The position numbers were made by a program, and so were the translations under genes. From Octopus sinensis (lineage: Eukaryota), in contig NC_042997.1 in NCBI RefSeq assembly GCF_006345805.1, positions 7,130,001 to 7,194,000 on the forward strand: DNA of 64,000 nucleotides, written 5' to 3'. Under the pieces are notes generated by a model. The model was given only the letters and a program-made list of their open reading frames with translations, was not told the origin of the DNA and ran no database searches. The first letter of the stretch is position 1. Every line of letters starts with the position of its first letter. This document shows positions 53,263 to 64,000 of the stretch, piece by piece.

Positions 53263-53648
53263 AGGCGTAGGAGTGGTTGTATAGTAAGTAGCTTGCTTAC
53301 CAACCACATGGATCCGGGTTCAGTCCCACCACGTGGCACCTTGGGCAAATGCCTTTTTCTATAGCCTTGGGCCGACCAAAGCCTTGTGAGTGGATTTGGT
53401 AGACGGAAACTGAAATACATATGTGTATGTGTATTTGTGTGTCTGTGTTTGTCCTCCCAACATCGCTTGAGAACTGATGCTGGTATGTTTACGTCCCCGT
53501 CACTTAGCGGTTCGTCAAAAGAGACCGATAGAATAAGTACTAGGCTTACAAAGAATAAGTCCTGGGGTCGATTTGCTTGACTAAAGGCGGTGTTCCAGCA
53601 TGGCCACAGTCACATGACTGAAACAAGTAAAAGACTAAAACAAAAGAG
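53263..53648 (+). mobile_element. SINE family B, well preserved full copy
   Basis: tRNA-like head (ggttcagtccc B box), ccttgggcaa core, internal (TG)n, tail ccagcatggccacagtcacatgactgaaacaagtaaaag. Confidence 0.9.
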
Positions 53649-53924
53649 AGTATATGAACAGAGACACCCACATACATACACACGAATATAACGATACTCA
53701 TGACATACCGAACAGATGGACGCGTAGAAACCTTTAAAACAAACAGTTGTGTCATCTTATATATCCGTTTAAGCTGTCTGTGAGGAACACAAGCTCTTGT
53801 CAAATAATTTATCTGGCGAATGCAAAGTGAGAAATTGTAAATTTGATGATGGCTGAATTATTAGTCAATAGCCTCAGCACATTCAATCACAATAAACAGT
53901 TCACAGTACACGCCCGCGAGTGCA

Positions 53925-54123
53925 TTGGTTTCAAATTTTGGCTGAAGGCCAGCAATTTTGGGAAAGGGGAGAAGTCGACTCCATCGACCCTCAGTGCTCG
54001 ACTGGCACGTATTTCATCGATTCCGAAAGTCGACGACGGTGGAACTTGACCTCAAAACGTAAAGACCAACGAAATGCTAAGCACTTTACCCGGCGTTTTT
54101 ACGATTCTGCCAGCTTGCCGTCT
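53925..54123 (-). mobile_element. SINE family A
   Basis: Reverse complement acggcaagctggcagaatcgtaaaaacgccgggtaaagtgcttagc..gtcgactttcggaatcgatg. Confidence 0.8.
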
Positions 54124-54126
54124 TCA

Positions 54127-54158
<32 letters not shown>

Positions 54159-54582
54159 TACACATGTACAGCACACACAATCACACATATACACACGAAT
54201 TTCTGTCCATGTATTACAACCCTAGAAGTTTAACATATAGTTGATTGAGAGTAAATTAAAAGTGCCATAATTTACGATGTGTTATGATACTACAGTTCTC
54301 ACACCGAGATTGTGAATCAAATTGACACACTATAATAACATATATAAAAGAAATTTCGTTTAATGTTTAAAGGAAATTGTGTGCCGGAAGATATTTCAAC
54401 TTTCACAGAACGTGGCTAAAATAACCTTCTATACGTATGTACAGTTAATCCTTCAAAATTTAGCCATGACAGCTCATGCAGAAAAGTGCGTAAGTCTATA
54501 AATTTTCGAAATTTAAGTTACAATAATAATATTAGGCGTGGTACAATATATTTAAGATATATATATTTATGTACTCATAGCA

Positions 54583-54634
<52 letters not shown>

Positions 54635-54646
54635 ACTCTCTCTCTC

Positions 54647-54684
<38 letters not shown>

Positions 54685-57600
54685 TGCGAATATGGGTTCT
54701 TAAAATTATACATACACCCATATATACATACATGTGTGTATGTGTGTAGGAATGATATTATGTGTAATGTATGTTTTTTTATTCTAATAAGCATTATTGG
54801 GGAGGAAATATTAATTAAGTATATTATACGGTAATTAATCATTGTCTTTCTGGAATCGATAACAAGAATATTAGTTGATGATAATTTGTAGGCGTGGTTG
54901 GTATATATATGCAATTAGAGCTTAATATACAGCTCAATTCGTTTCCCCAAATTACCTAAAAGCGTAATTTTATAAATGATTATCGAAGTATTGGTATCGA
55001 CATTTATACATTCTCATTAGCTGGAGGGTCTTTCGGTGAACGTTTTCTGCAATTAGCTATAAATTTTGAGGAGAAACGTCATATACATACTTATTACATA
55101 TACAAGTATGTATGTATATATGTATGTATGTATGTATGTATGCATGTATGTATGCATGTAGGTATGTCGAAGTAATTCGTTTCTTAGATCTAACTTAATT
55201 ATAATCTTGAGGAGAAATTTCAGCTAATAACTCATAGGCAAAGCAACAGTTCAGAATGTGATTACAATAGGATGTGACGTCGAAGCAACTAAAAGGGAAT
55301 GTAAAGAGATATAAAACTAGAAAATATATTCAAATAAATATACATAGATGTTGAATTTATTTTTCTGCAGTATGGCACTTTCTGACAAAATATAAGTGCG
55401 TGTTATAAATGTATCGAACTTAAAGACAGGGAAGTATATACTAACTTTTAGGATTCTTAACTTTATATAGTGTGACATTCGAGCATCATAAACTAACTCC
55501 TTCTTGTATTTATAGAAACTTTATCTTAAGCGACAGCTGCCATATTATGTATAAATTTACACTTTTTTTCTGAAAGGTATTTCAGAGACAGTAACTAAAG
55601 TTAGTTTTAAAATTTTGCAGATAAGGTGTGTAATTTCCAATAAACAGCGAGAATACTTCAAATGCTTAACAGCTGTAACAGAGAAATAACTGATTTGGGA
55701 AATACTGTTCGACGCTGCACTTTGTTCTTCCGAATTCGATTAATAATGAAGAATGTCGGACTTGCAGTTTGATTATAGTGCCAGACGTGATGATTGTTAT
55801 TCGCGTATGAACATTTTGTCGTGGATATGGTAGTTACGTTAATCAAATTTGTCACTCCTCACACGGATACTTGTTCGTTATTAATGGGGCCACTGTGTTT
55901 TAACGCTAAGTTTTCGGCTTCGTGATGCATTCATGCTTCCTTCATGTCTCATGTTTTTGACATTGTTGAGTATACACACATACATATATACATATATACA
56001 TACATACATAAGTGCGTGTATATATGGAAGTATGAAAAATATGTGTTGAAGTAGGCATGTGTATCTATACGTATCTGTACGTGTCATAGGACAACAATAC
56101 ACAGCAGTTTTAGTCATCATTTTTCATGCAAATCCCATGTAACATATTGTAGTAAATCAGTAGATATGTATTCTACAAGTAATCCTACTCCCTTTTAATC
56201 ATTTTATCGAACGTATATATTTATCCATCCTCTATCCAACACCGATGTCCACTATTCCGCGGAGAGACGCAGTTGTAGATTCTTCAGGTATCTCTTCAAT
56301 AGTGACCTACGGGAGGTAACCGCCATTACACTTTCCTGCTGGATTCAACAGTGATAACGAATATCATGCAAAAAAATGTACTGTTGTCACTCTCCATATT
56401 TCCTTCAGTTTTCCTCGGCTTGAAGAATATATGTAGTGATCCTTTCTTATTACATTATAACTACATTGCAGCAATAACGGATCTGTGACCTCCCAACAAG
56501 AAATTCCTAATCTCTGAGCTTCGCATTCTTCCGGGAACCTTACTAGAAAGATACTTTAGTGGAACACTATTTCGACTGATTGTATTCGCGATCGTAAACT
56601 ATCTTTCATTACCAAACATTTGGCTTCATTTTTTACCAATCCCTCCTCTTTCAAAGATTCATGATGAAGATAACGCATAAATGTGCCAGTGCCTACGATT
56701 CTAGCATTCACTTCTGCCCCCAGCATCCCATCATAAGGGAATGCTTTGTGAGACACTTTGAACGACATAATTCAAGACGCCTTCAAGATGTTAGGACTCT
56801 ATTGGTTCTCTTAGATGATGTGATATTATTTGTTTCGAAACTACCAAAATCTTTGTTATCATGTCTTGGTCAGACACGATGTGGGTAGGTTACTGTCGGC
56901 AATATATCTGGAGGCTGCAATATGGTTTGTTTAACGACAAAGCATCTTTGCATTCGCTGCTACGAGGCATAATAGGAATTATTGATGATTAGTGGTGAAT
57001 TTAATCTGTAGTGACGACAGCATGTCGTGAAGTAACAATATCTGGTGGTACTGGATTAACTTTTGGTGATGCACGATTTTGACTGTCAGCATACCTTGCA
57101 ATGAGTATGTATAGGCCATGCTGAACAGAACGAAAACCATTCTGACTCATCTTTGACGTTCAGTGGAATATAGATTTCTCAGAATTGTTATATACTTTTC
57201 CGTCCTTTATTTGTAGGTCATCGAATTTCAGAGTATATTTGCAACCAAATCAGTTCAGAATTGCAGCAAAGAATGATTTTGCTTCTAAAAGCTAGAAACT
57301 TATGTTTTTGCCATTATATTTCACTCATTTTATTGGTTTCAGATCAGAGATGATATAAAATTGTAGATAGCAATTAAAGTACCAGTTTCACAACACCGGA
57401 AGCTTATAAAGTCATTGACAATGCTAAAACCTACGTATGGTGATACTTTTTTTCTATGTTATTAAGAACTGCAATATTAGAAATAAGTTGAAATTGCAAT
57501 TTCAAAAGAAGCATATATGTCTTTATTTGAACAACGGATGGTATACGATAAGAATAGAGTGTTTGGTAAAAATCTTACCATGTGAAATGTTTTTTATAGT

Positions 57601-58307
57601 AGTTTCTTTCTTCTCTGAAGATGTGTAGATTATTTCCTTTCCATGTTCCTTTCGGGTTATTCTATACAGAAATATACGCATACGTAATGTAAAAATAGAT
57701 GAAGAAATAGATGCGTCATTTATTATGAAAATATAATTTAAGATACATAAATAATGTACAGTGCTCAGATAATATGCATGTACAGTACTGATCACAAATT
57801 TAATTATATCAATTGCGATAAACTCTGTGTCTGGATTTCTTGATTTAAGTATCTAATTTCTGCATGTATAGTATAATATTCTGGCATAACTCTGTAAAGG
57901 CCAAAATAATATTTCTATGTAAATATGGGAATCCATAAAATTGAAATCCAGTTGTTGTTCCCGAGTGTGAAATATATTTGAATTGTATAACGACATGCGC
58001 TTGAAATCATCTGGGCGAAATCTTAGCGTTTCCTAACAACAGATTTAAGAATCCGCCAGGTCATATTAAAGCCAATTCTGTTTCAGAAATCCATCTATCG
58101 GATATCCGTAGATGATTAAGCGTTCAGCGTATTGGCAAGGTAAATAAAGTTGAAGATAGGAGCAAACAAAATTGCTTTCCTTTCACTTGTACTAAATAGC
58201 ATATAATGAAATTCAATTTCTATGAAAGATATTCTCAAATGTGATAACTAAATTGATAAAACAAGTAACTTACTGAAGAATGCATTGATTAAATCATGAC
58301 ATTATGA

Positions 58308-58470
58308 AGAGCTGGCAAAATCGTTAGCACACTAGACGAAATGCTTAGCAGTATTCCGCCAACCGCTACGCTTTGAATAACAAATTCATCAGAGGTCGAC
58401 GTTGCTTTCCCCCTTTTCGCAGTTGATAAATTAAGTACCACTGGAACACTGTGATCAATACAAACGACCA
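58308..58470 (+). mobile_element. SINE family A
   Basis: agctggcaaaatcgttagcac..gaaatgcttagc..gaggtcgac..gataaattaagtacca. Confidence 0.8.
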
Positions 58471-58496
58471 TTTCCCATAATAGTAAGGAAAGGATT

Positions 58497-58544
<48 letters not shown>

Positions 58545-58949
58545 TATATATATCGTGTTTTTCTAATATTTAAGCAGAGTTTAACCACTTCTTATACATA
58601 CACCTTAGATATATCATAGCGTTTCATGTGGATTTTTAAACGACACAATGTTTTCAAAAGACACCCAATTAAATTGCAAATCTAATTTAAACCACCGAAA
58701 GCTACAGTTAAGTTCTGATATTGAGGCTCTTCAAATGTCTTTTGAGTCCTCCTTAGATTCGAATGCACGATAATGACAAGTATGCACAGATAGTGAGGCA
58801 GAGTAGTTAGGGAGTGTTCGCTTTTTATATAAGTGTATGTGTATACATCTACATTTATATCTATATCTGTCGATATGCTCGTCTGTTTATACGTATATAC
58901 ACACGCCCCCATATATATTGTTTAAAACTCACCAAGAAAAATTTTGAAA

Positions 58950-59012
58950 CCACCTGATGAATGACTGCGACTCAAAAATTTAAAGACAGCAGGCAGGAAA
59001 CGATCGTAGTGG
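58950..59012 (+). ncRNA. Type I hammerhead ribozyme in a pLTR-like fragment (to ~59215)
   Basis: ccac-CTGATGA-atgactgc...gcaggcag-GAAA-cgatcg-TA^gtgg; palindromic stem III acgatcgt; stem II partly mismatched. Confidence 0.7.
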
Positions 59013-59212
59013 ATATTAATTATATTTTTTAATAATTGTTACATATTTAAATAATATAAATTAATCATATGTATTGGCTTAAGTCTTTCATTGCTTGATC
59101 TGCCTAATAGTGGTTTTGTCTCTAATTTAATATAATATAATATTTTACTATAAAATTGGATTCAATCCTAAATCTGATTTTTCCCTGTAAGTTTGGATTT
59201 ATTCCCTAATAT

Positions 59213-59292
<80 letters not shown>

Positions 59293-60257
59293 CATATATA
59301 TATACATAGATATATAAATATACAAACACATATAGATACACACATACACGATTGCAACCCTGTACATAAATCCCCTCACTAAACAGGTTTTCGAAACTTG
59401 TCTTTGTTTGTACACTTATATATGCCCCTCCTATTACCGAAAGCTGAAGAGTTATCTCCCTCACCCACAACAATAACAATAATAACGATAACCAATGGCC
59501 TCCCTTTATTTATCTACTTGTGAAGTCATTCACTCGTGAATTTCATCACACACAACAGGGACAAAATTTCTTCTTAAGACAAAGTACGTATTCAAACATG
59601 TAAAACATAATATCATGAATAGCGATAGCGAAACCGGTCGGTATATTAAAATTATATTAAAATTACGTAATTGTGCGTATTTTCCTTTTTCAATTTCTTA
59701 TATACATTACAACTCACCACGTAGGGATAATCGAAATTCCTCTTTTCTGTTTTATATATATATATATATATATACTTTTATAATTATGAGTATAATTATA
59801 ATTAGTGTTCAATAAAAATTTGCTTCACCACAGACCGAAATTTAGAAATAGCAGTTAAAACTACTTCACTACTATAAGAACATCTCCTAGATAGCAATAC
59901 AACCCACGCAGGTAAAGAGAAAAAAATAACGAATCCACCCCGCTTTGATTAACTGTGTACGCGTTTCGGAGTTACAGAGTTGTGAAAAAAGGAGAATCAT
60001 ATTTCCACTCTATCATTCTCCTCTTCAGCACAGTAATTCAGGATTTTAAATTTGAGAGCACTGTTAAAATGAAACATACCTTATTTGACCAGGCGACATC
60101 AGACAACATACATCTAACGATCAGTATTTCCGAATTCGAACAGACGAATGAGATATCTTATTCCTCCTCACTTATCCACGTGTGCTAATGAGTAACATTC
60201 TACAGAAAAAAAAATTGTAGTTTACTATCAGGAAGAGAATTATATTAAAGAATATTT

Positions 60258-60370
60258 TGAGACGAACTGACCACGGACTAATTGACCTGAGGATGAATTC
60301 TACAACGCCGAATTGTCCGAAGACTAATTAACCGGCGACGAAATAACCGGGGACAAATTGTCCTAGCTCA
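60258..60370. repeat. Degenerate 15-bp tandem array (gacgaattgaccggg-like)
   Basis: gacgaactgaccacg, gactaattgacctga, gccgaattgtccgaa, gactaattaaccggc, gacgaaataaccggg, gacaaattgtcctag. Confidence 0.7.
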
Positions 60371-61088
60371 TGGGATAAGCTCCTGGATGCTAAGTATCTT
60401 CCGGTCTAGAGAATAAGTTGCCATCATCCTACTTTTCTCCTCCTTTATACGGCCACACCTCGTATACTAAACACTGCTCAACTAAAACCCTAAAAGGAAT
60501 TTAGTCGGCCAAATGTAACTGAGGACATATTCTTTGTAATAATAATACTTATTCGATAGATCTTTTTGCCGAACTCCCTAGTCGCTTTATGATCATTAAC
60601 AGATATTTGATAGTTCGGTATTCAACTGCATAGTCAAGAATTTATAAAGTTCTGGAAAGTAAAGTCACTTCAGATTAACGTCAGAGTATTTATGCATGTA
60701 GATGCGTCTTCGAACTTTTTCTATAGTGTTTAACATAGTATAAGATGTTGGTTATCATCTGTAATTAATTACTTTAACACAAATAGACACGCTATTGATC
60801 TCTCTTAAATAAGCATTCTGTTTGCTAACAGCAACGATAATGAAACAACACACCTTTGAATGGAATTAAATATTTGACGATATATATTCTGTTTGAGAGT
60901 TATAAATTTATCATCTTGTTCTCAAGTAAAATGTTTGACCATAGCTGCATACATGAATAAGTATATCAGCATTTAGTTCAGAATTAGAATTAATTTATTA
61001 AAAGTCACCCATAGTGAGCATCATGTTTTACACTAAAATAGTCACAATATTCAAATTAAGATATAAAGTATATACAGTAATTATACAT

Positions 61089-61369
61089 AGACGTAAGAGT
61101 GGCTGTGTGAGTATAGGCGTGAGAGTAGCTGTGTAGTAATTAGCTTGCTTACAAACTACATGTTTCCTGTTGCAATTCCAGTGCGTGGCACATTGGGCAG
61201 GTGTATTCTACTATAGCCTCTGGCCAACCAAAGCCTTGTGAGTGGATTTGGTAGACGGAAACTGAAAGAAGCCTCTTCTTCCCTTCCTTCCTGAGCGTCC
61301 AATAATACTATATTTGTTCTACGTCCTCGCGTTGTTGTGATTTTTCTTTGTGGTTTCATGTTTGGATTA

Positions 61370-61418
<49 letters not shown>

Positions 61419-61668
61419 TATATATATTATATATATATATATGTATGTATGTATGTGTGTGTATATGTTTGTGTGTTTGTGTCCTTCCCCCCATCGCTTT
61501 GCAACCGATGCTCATGAGTTTACGTCCCCGTTTCCTAACCGTTCGGCAAAACAGACCGATAGAATTAGTACAAGACTTATAAAGAATAAAACCTGGGGTC
61601 GATGTATTCGACTAAACGCGGTGCTCCAGCATGGCCACAGTCTAATGATTGAAACAATTAAAAGAGAG
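61089..61668 (+). mobile_element. SINE family B with duplicated head and a ~100-bp foreign insert
   Basis: Family B sequence; insert 61275-61372 matches 5290-5385. Confidence 0.85.
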
Positions 61669-62379
61669 TATATGTGTGTGTATATGTGTAATGAGTGTTT
61701 GCATGTGTGTCCGTGTGTGTGATTGTGCATTTGCGTGTGTGCATACATGCGTGGGTTCATGTGTGCGTGTGTGTGTACGTATATGTATGAATGTGTGTGT
61801 GTGCGTGTGCGTGTCTACGTATATGCATAATCAAAATTCAATGCATCGTAATAACGTACGTTATGAAGGTAAAATATAAACGAATAGAAGTAGCTTTTTG
61901 TAATTTAAAAAGGCGATAAATTATCACTAGCAACGATATTAAGAAATAAGTTACATAAATTTATTTTACTTTCTGATCTGTTGCTGTTATTAAATGTGCG
62001 TTGTAGAAATGGACGCTCTGATTCGCATGCTATTTCCTATAAATCCATGGTGTTTCAACATAGAAAAATATTCAGAACTGATGATTTTCTTTATATTTCC
62101 GCCTAATCATTAGATGAACGAAGTTTGAATATATACACATTTTCGAGAGAGCCAATATTGTTTACGAATAAAGGAAATATATTGTTATGTAAAATACGTA
62201 AACTTTGTTTCTCACTTAGAATGCACATCATTACGCATTTTAAATCTAATTAAATTTTATTGCATACTATAAATTATTAAATGAGTCAGTACTGATATAA
62301 ATATGCATATATACATAACATACACCCACATCCGTCAACACGCACACACACACACACGCACACACACACACGCACACAA

Positions 62380-62420
<41 letters not shown>

Positions 62421-63769
62421 CTGTATGTGGGTGTGCGTGTATGTGTTTGTTTGTGTGTATGTGTGGGCTTGTGTGTGTACATGTGTGGGTTAGTGTGCGC
62501 ACGTGTGTAGAATGAAGTTGAACATACACAGAGATTGTATATGAATTCATTACTACATGATTTTGTTTTATAATATAGGGATCCATTTTACACGTTTCAA
62601 ACTAGACTTTAAAAACTATATGGTATATGGAACTATAATGCGCATTATGTGTATTCTGATCAGTGTTACAAATATAATTTGAATAAGAGTGGGGCTCAAA
62701 AATTATTTATCAACGTACAAATTGGTCAACCAAAGGATTACTTGGCGTGGTCATTGCACATGTATTAAGCTTATTAGACCTTGCATAAGAATGTCACATT
62801 ACAGATTTTCACCAATGAATATGACATATGACAGAAAGTAAAAAGACTTATGATATAATAATTATATACATAAAAGTGTTATTCATAATCATTGGTTAAA
62901 AGTCAGTGGAAGAACAGTGTTATCAACTAGTACTTGTTCTCTCGCATTGCACATTTAAAAGCATGTCCCTTTTTTGTTAACAAAGAAAATAGCTGCTACA
63001 TGATATTTGAGTTATCAAAAACGAGTCCAAGTAAATATTCTATAGTATTTATTTAAGGGGAAATGAAGGATCGTGTATTAATGATGTGTTTTTACTGCTC
63101 ACTCAACAGTGGCTTGTATTTTTTAACAAATCGGTTTTACTTTTTCATTTTTTTAATTTTGTCTGGAGTCTTATCCCTGACATAGTCACAGTTGAAAGAC
63201 AAGAAATGTGGGCGATATGGTTTCCCCACACGTGTCCAGATATTCTAGTGTTATATCACGCATTTGGTGACGATGAACATTCAACTTCATTATTAAAATG
63301 AGTTTAATTTGCTGTGCCTGCAATGCATAATTGCTTTGAAGAACAAGTAAAATGTGTTTTTTTTTCATGAATAATACGTTCTTAATCTTCAGAGATCCTT
63401 CATATAGGAGCTTGGGGTATAAATGAACACAAAGCGAACTCATATATATTACAGACGGGTCTCGTCAATCATGGACATCATAATTCCCGTATCATATAAG
63501 AGTAACATAAATATGCTTATATTCTATATATCATAACAGCGGGTTTGATTTTCCTTTGTTCAGCAGTGTTTCCAACACACCAACACCAATATACCAAAAT
63601 CATGTATTATGTATATGCCAGGTTCAATTAACGGGCGGATTTCGATTCTTGCGATATGAATTTGCATTTGTACTATTCGGTGTGCTAAATGGTATCCAAG
63701 TTGAATACAAAATGAAGATTAACTTTCTCTGTTAATACTGCTTCCGTATAATTCATATATACATGCATA

Positions 63770-63972
<203 letters not shown>

Positions 63973-64000
63973 TTAGAGTTGTGAATGCTTACGAGGAACG

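Noticed and set aside
63080-63700. Possible PIF/Harbinger transposase remnant (FGILV-like) on the minus strand
   Set aside because: A single short motif is too weak to support a call.

Overview
AT-rich eukaryotic DNA saturated with microsatellites, most likely an octopus (coleoid cephalopod) intergenic or intronic region. That assignment is recalled from the tRNA-derived SINE families and (TA)n/(GATA)n density, not database-checked. No intact host gene is visible, and nearly all ORF-track entries are microsatellite artefacts or transposon fragments. Decayed mobile elements include R4/Dong-type RLE LINEs in (TAA)n repeats, an RTE LINE, an L1/Tx1-type LINE, a Gmr1-type Gypsy LTR element, mariner/Tc1 and Chapaev-3-like DNA transposons, and three SINE families. 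Two things stand out. (i) Several unrelated short repeats carry type I hammerhead ribozyme folds in Penelope-like inverted/tandem architectures, including a tRNA-headed one and a ~456-nt retrozyme-like unit. (ii) A ~2.95-kb RT-less element with two tandem L1/Tx1-type ORF1 (CCHC) genes is inserted with a 15-bp TSD into the tRNA-like head of a SINE.
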